This document shows positions 1-14,800 of a stretch of 64,000 nucleotides of DNA, piece after piece. This DNA comes from Ophelia neglecta. Lineage: Eukaryota. Position 1 is the stretch's first letter; each line of letters begins with the position of its first letter. The notes below the pieces were generated by a model. That model ran no database searches. It saw only the letters and a list, made by a program, of their open reading frames with translations, and had not been told where the DNA came from. The translations under genes were made by a program, and so were the position numbers. Where the stretch lies: NCBI GenBank assembly GCA_965285935.1, contig OZ260665.1, positions 17,422,001 to 17,486,000 of the forward strand, written 5' to 3'.

Positions 1-207
1 AAAAAAGGAATGCGCGGTTTCGTTTAAACCAAGATCCCCCTTAGTTTCAAGGGTCACACAATGCAGTCCATGATTATCATTTCAGACTCCACTCTTCACA
101 ATCCCAACAGGTAGTATATAATAATCTTGTGCTGACACCTGTTGGGCAGTAGATTAACATACAACTGTATATTTGCCTATTTCATAAGGCAAATCTATAT
201 CTTTATA

Positions 208-385
208 CAGTGAAACCTGTGAATTAAGAGCACCAAAGAGACTGGAAAATACTGGTCTGATTTCGGGGGTGATCTGTTTCGACAGGTAATTTAACATACA
301 GACCGTGCAGTATGGTCCTCATATTAGTGTTCTGAATTAGCAGGTCGTCAGATTATAGATGTGGTATTTAAGGCAGGTTTCACTG
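208..385. mobile_element. Tc1/mariner (pogo-like) MITE, ~178 bp
   Basis: TIR CAGTGAAACCTG...CAGGTTTCACTG with TA on both sides; 7 further copies in the window. Confidence 0.85.
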
Positions 386-2239
386 TATATAATTCTCGAA
401 ATTTTCCTGTTCAATGATATTGTTGGCTTTTCAACAGACACACCTGTCTGCTCATAAATTAGACACGTAATAGTAGGTAAAGACGTTACAGATTTTTCAG
501 GCTCAGTTACCTCTGATTAATGAAAGTTAAGAAAATTGCACAATACCAAAGTATCTAAAACTTAAAATTCATTGCACGTTTCACGTTTCTAGTGGCTTTA
601 AAAATAATTGATTCCATCATAATTTATGGAGTGTGCCTTTAATGATCTCTGCTTATATTCATGACCTAGACTTCAGTCGAATGGCCTTATTTTGTTTTTT
701 CCTACTTGTGTTACTTTACGTTCTAACCCTCTGAAAGAAATTTATAATAGTGTTGGAAAGAAATAGTAACAAAATAATTGTTCATCTAGTTATATCCTGG
801 TCTTCTCAAATGACCTATAGAACAGCATACAACGAGATATTTATTTATTATGCTATATACCGCTACCCTGGCGATAAATAATGAGCGCTCCCTGAGCAGC
901 TTGGCACGGCCCCAAGGTCAATGCACTCTCAACGTACTTATTTGCCCTGTTGTTGCCGACTTTTGAAGGTGTGTGCATGCGCTCCCTCACGTGCGAAGGA
1001 TATGTTTGGCAAGAGGTCAAGAAACACCAATACCGAGAAAATAACATAAAAAGTCCAATGTTACTTTTCTGTTGCAAGGCTTCATGGGTGGTTAGACCTA
1101 GTTATATACCTTCTAGCTTCATCGTGAGGCAAAGGAAACGATATCTATCGCAGGTTAGAAGGAAAGCCGCGACATTCTGGTTCAAAAGGTTACATGCTGT
1201 TCTCGGTAAACAGAAACAAGAATAGTCTACCTCCTGGTCGCAGTAATTTTATTCCGTCATTTGCAATTTGGGAAAAAAGCAAGCCAACACCGTTCACATT
1301 AAGATGTCAACAAGCTTCAAAATCTGAATCGTACAAGAAACGGACAAGAAAAGAAAGGCAACATTTTCTTGGGAATTACGGGGCGCACTGTTCAAGGTTA
1401 ACCACCCTTGTGGTACACGTCACAGCTTTAGTCACGTGATACACAAGATACGCAGATACTGCGCATCCTAAGGTTTTAACAATGTCTTCAATGTGCGACT
1501 CAGGAAAGTCTTCGAGGGTTTCTGCACTCAACGATGTTCCGTTGGCCAATGGCAATGACACAAATAGCAACATTTTGCTATCTTTATCGTCTTACCATCC
1601 CGTTTGATTGTCAACAGAAAATGTTCTAGTTGTTTATAGCAAGTTGGTAAAATATCAGCAAGAGCAATTTCGAACCACTTTTTGAATATATAAAGAAGGA
1701 ATAATAAATGTAACAGGAATACATTTTAAATAAATACCATGTCACATTCACCGGAGGCTTTTTAGATACTTGTAATACATAACTGTGAAAACACGATTAC
1801 TTAGCATATTGTATAATCAAAAGATTTATTATCATTTTATTATTGGTGAATCAGTTTATTTTCAAATAACTAATCTTATCTTATATTAAAATATTTGTTG
1901 CCACTCTAAACTAGTATCCTGTAATAAAGTTAGACATGTGTTAAACGCTTTGAATATGCCATAGATTGCTATACAAATAGAAAAATATAAGGTGGATGCA
2001 TTTTTCTTGATTTGGAAGAGTAAATATTATATGATTAAACAGATAGAGGCACAAGATGATATGTGACGACTCAATTCTATTGGATGCATAATTCTAAAAA
2101 ATATACATTTAAGCTTAAAAATATAAAGCGGCCTATCGTAACATAAATATTGACTTACTTTGATAAAGAACTAATGCCAGTGTACATTTCAACTCTAGGA
2201 ATTTTTGTTTTAAGGAGATTATTACACATGGTTACAATA

Positions 2240-2355
2240 CAGTGATACAGCTGCTGAGATGCAGGGGGTTGAGAGGATTCCAAATTTCACGACCAGAAGA
2301 AAATGAAGGTTATAAGTCTTTCCCCAATCCAATTAGTATGTCGATCTCTATGATC
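2240..2355 (-). repeat. Decayed tandem duplicate of the innexin C-terminal coding segment
   Basis: Translates KIIEIDILIGLGKDL*PSFSS versus the true EILAAELLLALGEDLKPPVSS; gatacagctgctgagatgcagg is shared at 2244 and 2388. Confidence 0.7.
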
Positions 2356-4565
2356 TTAGCTCCTAACCCCAGGTATACACATATTGGGATACAGCTGCTG
2401 AGATGCAGGAGGGGCTGAAGGATGTTCCATCATACAAGCAGAAGAAACTGGGGGTTTAAGATCCTCGCCCAATGCAAGTAGTAATTCGGCCGCCAAGATC
2501 TCGTCTTTCATCGCCAGGTGGCGAATGATCAGATATTCGTCTTTGCTCAGATCTATGCTACCCCTGTAGGTTTCACTGAGAGCAGCGATCCTCGTGGCCA
2601 CAAAAGATCGCTGCCAAGCGGGTACACCCATGGTTATCACGTGATTGGAGAAACTCGCGAGATTGGCTGTCGCCACAAACAAGAGCCAGAACCAGACGAC
2701 GATGCTGACGCCCTCAAACACGTAATTCAACGGCAGTACGCATTGGACAGTGTGGCGCTGGATGTTCGCAAGGTGTTTGATCGCAACATCGCAGAGGCTC
2801 TGACGGGGGAAGGTCGAAGTTTCAGTAGGAAGATTGCCAACCCTAATGTGGTGCAATGCCTCTGGGCCATATACTCCATAACGCGACCCTAGAAAACGAT
2901 TAAGCCATATGAGTTGCCCGACAGATATTAATAAGTATATGAACTTGACCAGGGTATAGCTACACATCAATTTGATACTTCCTCTTGATGTAGACCGAAT
3001 TATTCTTGCAATGCCTCGAAAATGGCGTCTACGACAGATGTCATCCTTCGCTCGACAGCTTCCGGCGGCTGCTAGGAGACCGTATACGTTAATCCCACAG
3101 ATTCGTTGGAAACCGACCCATATTGTCGCGGGCAGGAATAAGATTAGAGCTTGGAGAGCGAGGAAAACACCCGTCCACTGATAGAAGACCAACTGTGGTG
3201 AAAACCGATCTCCTTCAACAGAGGGGGGAGATTCAACCTCCATTGGATACCATGGGGCGCCATAGCAGCTCTGGAAGTAAACACATTCATCATATTTTGT
3301 TCAATTAATATAAAAAAAATTTCACTTTTCTGAAACGAGCAAGTTTAATTTTCCCTAGTACTGGTGTCCTACAAGGAGAAAGACCCAAATGATGTGCATA
3401 GTTTTCTCAACTATAATTTACATGTGAGCTTCTGACAGCAACGGAGCTGATACTCAGCAAACAATTCAAAATCGGTTATTAATATCCAAGAATATTAATC
3501 AATTAAATAGGCCCGAGTTCATCAGGAAACTCAAAGCTCGACATCAACAATGTTCCCATCCGTAATCTCACATAAGCTGAAAATATCAATTAAAATAAAA
3601 TAAATAAACAACATTACATTATCCCACACCAACCAATCCCTGCACCAGAAGTACCCTCCACGTCCCTACACCCAAAACCCACTGTAGTTTTAACTAACTT
3701 ACGTATTCTTATTATACTGATAAGTAAACATGATGAACGGTAATTCTCTATATGTGATTTTCGTGCGTATCTTAACTTTCAAAGAAAATTCTGTCTGTGT
3801 TTGATTTCCCTGCCTATCATTCCATTGAAAGCCACTGTGTGTGATTACCCTACATTCACTACTTCTAAAGGGAGTCTCTCTGTATGTGACTTCCCTATGT
3901 ATCACTGCTTTCCATAGGAAAGTCTCTCTGTATGTGACTTCCCTACATAGGCCTAGCACTGCTTTAGGAAGTTTCTCTATTTGATTTCCCTACAAACTCT
4001 ATCGCTACCTTCTATAGGAAGTCTTCCTGTATGTGATTCCCTGTTGGTTTACCAGTGCGTTCCACGAGAAAGTCTGTCTTTGTGTGAAATCCCTAAAAGG
4101 CCTATCGCTATCTTCTATAGGAATGGCCCTCTGTTTGTGATATCCCTACATAGGCCATTCAATGCTTTTGATACTAATGTATCTCTAGCATGTCTTAGCA
4201 ACGAAACGTCTTGTTCTTCTGGTTATATATACGGAATGTGGTACAGTAAGTCATTTAATCAGTTACTGTCCACTTCTCTCGACTGTTCTCTCCACTAAAA
4301 CTGCTGGTGAAAATTTCTTAGTTTCTTAGTTATGTGATTTTGGCTGTTACTATCAAATTCTCTCCACCAAAACTGTATGCAAGGCACATCCTGTAAAGAG
4401 AAGTAGGGTACCTACCGCTTGGATCATGGCGACCTGAGCACTTGTCATATGTGGTGGGGTGTAGCATCGTACGGGGTCGAAAACGAAGGGCGCCAGGAGG
4501 AGTGCAGCTGCGCATAACAACAGTATTATAACCGAATAGTGAGAGGTCAGTCTTTCGGAGTACAT
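2356..4565 (-). CDS. Innexin (gap-junction/hemichannel protein), divergent; exons 4565-4416 and 3270-2356, ~354 aa
   Basis: The phase-0 intron (GTAGGT donor at 4415, TTCCAG acceptor at 3271) joins ...RLTSHYSVIILL..DPVRCYTP..VAMIQA to SCYGAPWY..FYQW..LQALILFLP..FPRQSLCDV..HTVQCVLPLN..VWFWL. These are the innexin motifs with all four extracellular Cys. A TTAG 30 nt upstream of the ATG may indicate a further 5' exon. Confidence 0.9.
3745..4185. repeat. Degenerate minisatellite (~42-55 bp unit, ~9 copies) in the innexin intron
   Basis: Recurring ctctctgtatgtgacttcccta...ggaagt units. Confidence 0.75.
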
Positions 4566-6171
4566 TCTGAAGTAAGGGCCAGACAGTCCCAGGATCTAAC
4601 ACCAACACGGACAGTATCTCCGAAACGCAACGTTGGGTGATGCTCTCTAGCTACTTCTCGAGCCAGAGTTGGACGGTTCAGAGTTTTTAAAAGTTGTTTA
4701 AAATAGTACTGTGTTTATCTCAATATGTATGTATGGCACTGGTACTGAGTATAAGATATTGCCTGTAGGTCTGCCTGCAGTGTAGTGCTAGCTTCCAATG
4801 TGACATGAGCTCAAGAGTCTATTACTCAAGTGTATGCAGGGGTTGTTGAGTCCCTGCCCCTACTGCGACAATAAGTGCAACGTTAGCGACGAGTTTACTA
4901 AACGGCGGGGTGAATTACTGATTGGAGGGGGGGGGGGGGTGTATTGTGTAAAATTGTCCAGAGTCAAGGAAGTATTTGTTTTAGGACAGCAGTAACAAAC
5001 TATTCAATTTTTATCTAAATTCAAAGACATTTCTTTATTGTAACGGTCTCTGGTAATGATGTATACGTTTTCCTTTTAAATAGCAATAGCACGTTCAGGT
5101 TTTTAAACGGTTTGTTTAGACGTTAGCTCGCCATTGCAAAGTGGCTTGGCGACTTAGTTTGATTGTTAAGTGTCGCCTAAGTGTCTTCATTCAACTACTA
5201 CCAAATACCAGCCTATCCCTGGCACACCTCTATGAAAACAATCTCCATGATACTGGAAACAAGAGGCCTCCCTATCCAGCATAGCATGTAAATACCAGCA
5301 GTGCCGGATGAGTCACTGGTGGTGGTGTTCTCATTTTATTTACACCAGATGTATAAACATGCCGCAATTGCTGCTAAATTGCTCTGATCACCAATACGAC
5401 TGTCCTATTTTGCAGTAATTGTTTGGTTGAAGCCAATTTGAACATCGTTAAGCCATTTAACAGTTAATGACAGAAACCTCGCCTTTACCCTGTTATGACC
5501 CAATTCTAACTTATTTTTTCGTATATGCCAAATTTTGAGAGATTTATTGGCTAGTTTTTCGCGGAATTAAGACATATGCGGATTTTGGCGGAAATTGATA
5601 GAAAGAAACATTTTCTGAGGTACAATTTACAAGAAAACTGACTAAACTGGTCGCGGATTTAGTATTCCTGATAGTCTGCTAAAACCACTTGCGAATTATG
5701 TGGTTGTACAGACTTTTACACATTTTGACAACTGTAAATAGATAGAGTTTCGGCAGAATATAACCACCATTGCATCTGCAAAATCTTAGTATAATATTTA
5801 TTCTATGTGGGTGAAATTGGGTTATTTCCTCAATTGTACCCAATTCTAATCCACTGTTTCAAAGAAAGGGTCTAAAAGTCGTACTGTTAATTCCGACGGA
5901 AACTGCCATAGTTTAATATGAGACGACATTGAAAATATCTACAACCACCATAGTTAATTGCTACAGTAGCGCTTATCAGCATACATATCCTGTTGTTTGT
6001 TGCCATATTAGCTACTGTAGAGTTGAACGATCAATTTAGATACAACTTATCTCTATCATGTGCCTTTACCGCCAAACTGAATCATCAAAATTTCTTGTGT
6101 AACAGTAGGCCACAAAATTTATGCCTGAAAATTGAGGTGGTGGCATCTTATTTGTTCGGTATATCCCTAAG

Positions 6172-6203
<32 letters not shown>

Positions 6204-6616
6204 AATTATGAATGACCCCTAAGTAAGGTAGGTTATATCAATTCGGGCCATTTATGCATCTATATATCACATGCAAAATCATGGCTAGTCATTCGTCATC
6301 TTTTCTGAACATATGAATTTATTTAAGTATTTCAATATAGGTTACTTTCTCCACGAAACGAAAATTAGTGACCTTTAATAAAGTCTGCCTCTTCATCAAG
6401 AACGTCTTTCAAATTCATTTATATGATAATATAATAGGCTTTGATTAACAGCGGAGGCCTGCGGCGGTAAATTTGCACAACACTAGACCTATATAAACCC
6501 CTCCCTAACCCTTTCTCTAACGCTAAAATTAGCCCCCAGCCCTAGCACTAGCCTTGCAGACGACTTTTTGCTTCGTGCCTCTCAGAAATACCCATAGGCT
6601 AAGAGTTTTGTGGAGT

Positions 6617-9600
6617 ATCAAAAAACAGCTACCGAGAGTGACAAGAAAAGAATACAATGTGACAAACATAATGTAAAGTTTCAGAAACGATTACCCATAG
6701 AATTAGTTAAGTGGTAAAAAAAGGCTAAAAATGTAGGTGGGTCGGTACGAGGGCTGTGTCGCCTTAAGCATTTTTAGCGCTTGTTCTTAGTCTAAGGAAG
6801 GCAGACGATCCGATCCTCAGCAAAATTGTGGGAGCAACACTTAGTGATGTCCTTGTCAGATATGTAAAGCACCTATTACAACAAGCGGAATCAACACACA
6901 TAGAATGACTGTGTACGTACAGAAATGTGTTACTAATAAGTCGAACTTAGCAATTATGCACAATAAGATATTTTGGGACTATTCTCATCAATGGTCGATA
7001 CATTTGATTGAAAATGATGCCTTGTCTTAGAATACAAGATTATGTTCGAGGGAGGTGGCAAATGCATATATGACGGATTCTGTTAACTTGAACAAATACA
7101 TCACTTACAGAAAGGAATAGATACTGCCAACGAAACACGAAGATACATCATAAACTTATATATCTTTTACCCTAAAAGTGTTTTCTTAATACAAATAGAT
7201 GATGAAAATGCAGAGTTCATTGATTGATTACATTCAGATTTACATAAATGGGGTTAGTGGTTAGATAGACATAGTGCTTTCACATCCAACACCAATTAAG
7301 AAATTAATCATGAGGTAAACAAGAAACATGTCATATCAAACTTTTAATGCAGAGGCCTAGTTATGACTATTTAACACAGCTACAGTGCCAGCAAACGTTT
7401 CATTTCAACCTACTTTATAAAAATGAAGGGAACGTGAGAAATAGAAATCGAATTTTTCAGCAGACTTTTGTAAATTGTTTTAATATTGCAATGATATACG
7501 GAGGCATACCTCTTTAAGTGGCTTGCATATAATATCATGACCTGAAGCAGATGGTATATACATTAGTCATTCTGTTCTAGATAATACATAAAAATAATTT
7601 CATAATGTCAATATTGTTTTGATACCATAATATCAAAATAGGGGCAAATATACACTCTTGATACCATATATCGTATTTTATAGTAAGGTATAATGCAAAC
7701 AGATTCTACATGTAAGTGACACTGAATCTTGTTGTTTGCTATCATCCATGCATCATTTAAATTCTAAATGTGTGTTTCATTTTGCATACTTAACATGCTC
7801 AATAAATATTGATCATTTTCTAATAAACATTGATAATATTTATCTTACTCATATCCAAATTCCCAAAACATGTGTCAGATATTGCAAAGAGCACGCGAGT
7901 TGTTGGAAGATTAAGCATAGAACAATTATTTCAAAGGTTCCATAGATTCGTGCACACCCATATTAGTAGAATAAGATGACCCTATGACATTTGGGTTAAG
8001 ACGTTAAAAACATATTTGACTTCAAAAATTCAAACTAGGGTCATAAGTTTGCCCCCACTAGAATCAATATTTAAACATGCTTTGCCCTAATTTCAAAATG
8101 GGCGTTTATGCTCCAGTCACACAGACGGTCGGGCTTAAATCGGCACCCAATCGGCCTAATGATATTTCATTCTCATCGGTTGTCGTAAGTGATTTCATTT
8201 CTTACTTTTAGTGTGACTGGGTATCGGTGGTGAATAGTTGTTCAGTTGGTCAAAATCATTGCTGGCATGATCGGTTATCATCGCTTGTAAGTCGGTGTTA
8301 AATCGGGTATGTCGGCGATCGATCGGTGTTGGGGAGCAAGTCAATAGTCACCAATCATTTTTCGTCTTAAATGGTCGGCGAGACATATGTGGTAATCGGT
8401 GGCCGATCGGGGATACATAGGTGATAAAGGGCTTGCATATCTCTTATCGCAGGTTGTTGTCGTTCCATTTAATAAAAAATATGTATAAGTGATGAAAACT
8501 GGGGAACATCTTACATTTCGCCGCTTGAAATCATGGAGGATGGAAAGGTAATCCAACAGTTTGCAACAGCAGGCCCTTCTCAATGTCAGACAAGTCATCC
8601 GGGTAGCCCAGCAGCCCATAGGCGAGCAAAGGCTATATGAAGATGACTCCGGAAAAGTTCGACGAGCTATTGCAACGCCTATATCTCCCAGAATCGTGAA
8701 GCCATTTTTTTTTTCCATTTTAATTACTTATAACAAGTTTAATTCTTAGCTGTTTTCATCGGTGGTTAGTAGCAGTAGCACGATAAGTGTGTTCACAATG
8801 AAATTATTTAATCTAATGTAGAGGTTATTTGAGGAAACTGAAGTCTTATTTGTGTTCGTATTGTTTAACGGTGCAAAAATATACCGAAACTTTTTTTTCT
8901 GAGTTATAGTGGCAAAATGTAACGTTTTGCATGTGAAGTGAAGCTAATCACTAGTGACTTGTATATACGTAGTGTATTTGTATCTCATTTTAAGCTAAAC
9001 ATGTCACATAGCAAATACAAGCAGTGCATAATGGCCGCGAACATCTAGTTTCTCAAGGTGTTGCGTAAAGAAATACCATTGGTTGGAGCCAATTACATGT
9101 ATACGAATGGCAGAAATCTATTCAGTACAAAATGTTAGAGATGAATAAATTAATTACGTTTTTGCCACCTGCTGCTTATTAACGTATACAACCAAGTGGA
9201 GTTGTTTTGGTCTTAAAATTCAATGATGTCACAATTATCTGCATAAAAGCATTCGCGCCTTCAGTTGAAAGGTTTGCATAACAAAAAAGGGCTCGCCTGT
9301 TCAACGTGCACTGCACACGTATTCACAATAAACTACCTAGATATATCATACATGTGTCCCCGTGCCTAACCAACCATGTTGTCTACGTTTATTCACAGTA
9401 AATGTTAAAGTAAAAGGAATGTTAGTGCAAAAACAATGTTGTACGCCTGGCAAGTGCTGTAGTTTTTATGTTAGAGATGCTATTGCCCCCTAGCCATGCA
9501 ATGTACGATTTGGCGAACAGACGGTTACAACGAACACAGTAGTATATGAAGGAAAGAGTAACTTCATGATACTAACATTTACAAATGAAATATCATTAAT

Positions 9601-11893
9601 AACTTCTCATATTATTATTACACACGGCAGTATCGGTATTGTAGACGGGGACTTCTACAGGGAGTTAATGAATGAACATTTTATTGTCTAGTTAATACCA
9701 TTTTAGAAGAATATATTTTAATTTATTAAGGGGAAAATACGACTCTTTGATATGCATACAAGTGAACCTTCTTAACAATAATAATTTCTAAACGCCTTTT
9801 TAGGTAATGAATTTTTTCACAATCACATAGATTTTAAGCGTACTTTCTTCGTTTAGGGGTACAAGGTCCAACAGGGCCACCGGGCCCTCCAGGGCCCATT
9901 GGACCGGGAGGCGGCCCCGTGGGGCCCATTGGTCCCCCTGGCCGAACAGGAGCAACAGGGCCCAGTGGTAGTCCAGGTCGGCCGGGATCCACAGGTTATC
10001 AGGGTAACCCAGGAGCCGAAGGCCGTCCAGGCAGAACCGGAGCAACAGGCCCGTGGGGTGTAATGGGGCACACAGGTCGCACAGGCAGTACGGGAGCCTC
10101 AGGTTACGACGGCAGGACGGGTGGTACCGGAATCACCGGACCCGAAGGCCCGACTGGTCGAACGGGAGCCACAGGTGACCGAGGCTGGATGGGTAGTACG
10201 GGAGCCACCGGACCCGAAGGCAGGATAGGTCGAACGGGAGCCACCGGATCCACAGGCAGGATAGGTTAAACGAGATCCACCGGACAAGCGATTAAAGGTG
10301 AACGCGGCTCAGAGCGGGTCCTTTTCTTAAAAACCATCAGTGTCGTTCTCACAGCTTAATAAATATATGTAAATACCGCAGAGGTTCTCGGACAATAGCT
10401 TCATGATGATAGTTCAAATGCTATTCAAATCACCCAATGAAGTTAAATATTTGAGACAATTTTTAAACTAATCTCGATCAAAATTGAAACATATTAAAAG
10501 GAAACTAATTTTTAGATGCATTCAAATTGTTTAAGTATGAATAAATATTAAGGATACAAATACAATATAAAATAACCAAGATTCTGTTTGTGCAGAAAGT
10601 GAAAGTTATAGATAAATTTAGATCTGGATATGTTACTATTAGCAAATAAAATGCTTTTGCCTATATTGAAACCTAATGTTTTTATATCGACTTTAACAGC
10701 AAATTAACGTTTAAATCTATATATTTAGTTTTAAATGACGCTATTCGCATAATAAGCATGTAGACTCTTCAGATAGTTTGCTATGAACATTCCGATTAGA
10801 AGTAAAGGGCATTTATCACGGTCAGTGTTTAAACGGAGACAGAGAAATGTACTCGCTTGGCTCCAATTGTGTAACTCCTTATTAACAAGATAAGACACAA
10901 ACCACTTGTTACGGCAGCCTAGGCCGAGTAGTGACAAAGTTGGTACGGCATGTGGCGCCCCCAGTTAATCGCCAGCCGAAATGTGTCGCTAAGTGTATCT
11001 TAGTCACGTGACAGTCATGGAAGGAAGCTGCCAGCAGCGTAATTTGGGTTGTTCCTCTCTGACCGGGCATCTGTCGAATAATATGTAAGTTCTGATAATA
11101 ATAATAACAACAGTACTTTCTTGTAAATTTATCATGGTGTATGTTTGTGCAGTTTATTTACGCTGTCGTTTCGTAATTTCAGCAAACCTACTGATATTGC
11201 TGGTGAAGGCTAACCGTCGTTCGTGTTGAGAAGAAAATAAAGTGTCGTCAATAGAGTGTATTTACTGGTACCAGACTTGTCATTTATCCGTGTCGTAAGA
11301 GTTTGGACGTCACACAACTGTTATATTGCTAGTAGTACACAAAATATAAACACATACCCAGCTACCATTTTCCGCTGGTCTTGTGTGATAAGACAGTACA
11401 AAGATTGGTTATTTAGAGACTTATTACATAAACGTCTACATATCCAGGAAGTGACGTAGCACTGCGGCTAACAGTGGTGATGCTATAATAATGTAGATTT
11501 AAGTTCATAGACAACAGACATGTTTTTTTCGTCTCAATGGCGTCAACTGCAGACCTATAGGTTAGCAAATTGTCTGGTGGAGTAATATATTCCACGACTG
11601 AGATATACGGACCTGGCTGGTGGTTGCCAGTAGGTTCGGAAATGGTATTTTTCTATGGATAAACTTCTAATTAATTTAAATAATTGTTTTCTGCCTCCTA
11701 TATAACTGACGTCTTGGCTGAATTTACTTCGTGTAGTCATCCGATGAAAATAGATCAAAATTTGCGTTGTCCATATTTAAATGCACGCTGCTAGAACATG
11801 TCTGCCTGCTGTGTCACGTGGTCAGGTGACGGGTGGCCCAGGTGAGTGATTGAAGGAGTGAATAGCTACTTTGTGTTAAATGTCAACGGGGCG
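6617..11893 (+). repeat. Segmental duplication unit A (collagen-like locus)
   Basis: 6617-6790 recurs at 11894-12066; 8778-11893 aligns with 16050-19010; its 3' part also aligns with 47790-49995. Confidence 0.8.
9857..10269 (+). pseudogene. Collagen-like gene copy A: intact Gly-X-Y exon, signal-peptide exon missing
   Basis: TTTAG acceptor at 9855-9856, then [34 protein letters not shown]...GRIG*. The region that holds exon 1 in copies B and C is replaced by unrelated sequence at ~8110-8777. Confidence 0.7.
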
Positions 11894-14800
11894 GTATCAA
11901 AAAACAGCTACCGAGAGTGACAAGAAAAGAATACAATGTGACAAACATAATGTAAAGTTTCAGAAACGATTACCCATAGAATTGGTTAAGTGGTAAAAAA
12001 AAAAAAAAATGTAGGTGGGTCGAAACGAGGGCTGTGTCGCCTTAAGCATTTTAAGCGCTTGTTCTAAAGGTTTTTTTTTTATTCCTGAAGGGCGTCTGTA
12101 AAACCTCTGCGGCAGGTGCAGTAGGTAGCACCTCCATTCTCCATGTAGTCATGTATCTTCTGTAAAAGCAATGTGAACCGGGTTGGTGTTGGAGCTGACA
12201 GTTTTAAATGTATTATAAAAAGGGGACCGTACACACGGTAGACAATGAAAATCATTCATTATGAATAATCCATTACTTCGGCCCGAATTCATCCAGAACT
12301 GTCAGCTGCAGGCCCTCAAATATCAATCCCCAGGGCCAGGTTTCTACAAGCTGTATTAAGGTTAGGGATTAGATGCGTTTATTACTGATTAGCTGAGACC
12401 ACGTTAATCTGTGTCTCAATTAACCAGGATCAAGTCTTAGACCAAAAAAGTTAACTTTAGACCAAATGCAGCTAAATTAAGATTAAGACGAATTGAGCGC
12501 TTTAATCCAGATGTAAATCTGAGTGAAGAGGTAATACTGCTACTAAAAACCGGGAACACTTAATTCCCTGAAATCACATTAAAAGTCTAGTGATTGGGCC
12601 TTAAAGAATAATAAATGTTACCCAGTGTAATGAAATCCTATAAAATATTAATGTGAATCACTCACAGGCCTATTTGCACTGCGGAATCTTCAGCATGTCT
12701 CAATGTCCAAATGGATAATATTCAGCGTGCCACATTCGAATAAGATATAACTAGTGTCTACTTTTGAAAGGAGGTTGAATAGACACAAAATAATTAAATA
12801 TCTACGCTAGTACTCCGTTCTTTTCATTTCGTATTGATTAGATGATGGCAAATCTTTGGATTGTGAACCAGTGACTGTTGTGGCAAAGAAGCTGTGCCAG
12901 ATAAACTCCGAAAATTTCTTCGGTAATAGCTTCAGACTTCTAGGAAAATAATGGCCCTATGCACCCCCCCCCCCCACACACACACACTACCCAGACCGAA
13001 ACCCTGTGAGATACATGTAAAACTACCATTTGTCTTGGACAAGTAAACCTATTAGCCCGTTGGGATATAGTCGACCACCCCTTCTCAGAATTTACGGGAT
13101 ATACGTTTTCGGAAACCTTATTATTTTTGGATTCAGAATCCATTTTTTGCCGAATATATAAATTTGCTCCTGGGCACCACGGCCTGTGAAGTAGTGGAAT
13201 CCTATCGTGTTGTGTAGTAATTAAGTGCCGACGATCCTAACCTCAGCAAAAAACGTACAGAAATGAGGTACTTATAAGTCAATGGTTCATAAATTTGACT
13301 GAAAATGATGCCTAGTCTTAGAATACAAGGATTTTGTTTAAGGCAGGTGGCAAATGTATTTATGACGGATTCTGTTTACATAAAACAAATATATCGTTTA
13401 CAGAACGGAAAAGATACTGCTTTTATAGGCAGTGTAAGTGGGGTTTGTTTCTAGTAACATTTCCAAAAAAAGATTTGGTGCACCTGATAATCTACGTGCA
13501 CTTTTCCATAATGCAAAACGCAGCCACACATGTGAAGATTCCATTAAGAGGAGGGTATGTTTGTTAGTCGACGGCCTTTTTAACGATATAACGTCGCCAG
13601 ACCTAAATGGGAACGCATGTACAATGCATGAGCTAGCATCCTGATGTGCCAGAAAGCACTGCTACGTATATCTAACTACTTTTTGTTTTCTCCTTTCTCC
13701 CTAAAACATTTCTATTTAACTTTTTCTGGCCCAATATTGGTGTCACGGGTTGCTTACATGAACTCTGTATCGCTGTTATTTCATGATATATCTCTGCCAC
13801 ATTGTTCATTTCGGCATTAAAATACACTTGCCTGCGTGAGTGGGTGTAAAATCAGGCATTAACCCATTACTATTCAATTCTTCCAGTAAATTAATTCTTA
13901 TCGAACATGATTTGGTTTTTTCTTTCATCTCAAGACTCTAGATTACTTCCGATAATCACTCTTAGCAACCATTTAATAACTGAATGATACCAACGAAGCC
14001 TGAAAATACATCTTAAATTTATATTTCTATAACCCCCAAAGTGCTCTCTAAATACACATAGATGATAAAAATGCAGAGTTCATTGATTGATTACATTCAG
14101 ATTAACATACGTGGGGCCGCGGATTAGAGTTACGTTTTGGATGCTGTAGTACACAGGAGATGTAATTTAATTAGACAAACGAGTGGATTCTTAAGCCATT
14201 CTTAAGAGATTAATCATGAGGTGAACAAGAAACATGTCATATTAAACTTTTAATGCAGAGGCCTAGTTATGATTATTTAACACAGCTACAGTACCACTAC
14301 ACGTTATCATTTAAAACTACTATAAAAATGAAGGGAATGTGAGAAATAGAAATCGATTTTTTGTCAGACTTTTGTAAATTGTTTTAATATTTCAAGCAGA
14401 CTGATAAACAATGAACATCTTTGAACGTATGTTTAAAGTTAGTGCCCTTTTGCACTCTTAATTCCACGTGTCGTATTTAATTGTAAGGTATATTGCAAAC
14501 AGGTTCTACATGTAAGTGACACTGAATCTCGTTGTTTGCTATCATCCGTGCTTCATTTAAATTCACAATTAAATGTGTGTTTTATTTTGCATACTTAACA
14601 TGCTAAATAAATATTGGTTATTTCTTAATAAATATTGATCATTTTTATCTTACTTATATTCAAATTCCCAAAACAGGTGTAAGATATAGCAAAGAGCATG
14701 CGACTTAAAAGGTGTCCTATTACATGTCATGTTATGATTAGCCATAGTGGGACCTTCAAATAATCTTGTAAGCTATTTTCATATGGGACGTTTAAATAAC

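Noticed and set aside
853-1573. Short ORFs 853-1077, 950-1225 and 1376-1573
   Set aside because: No recognisable motif, and no consistent splice chain could be built
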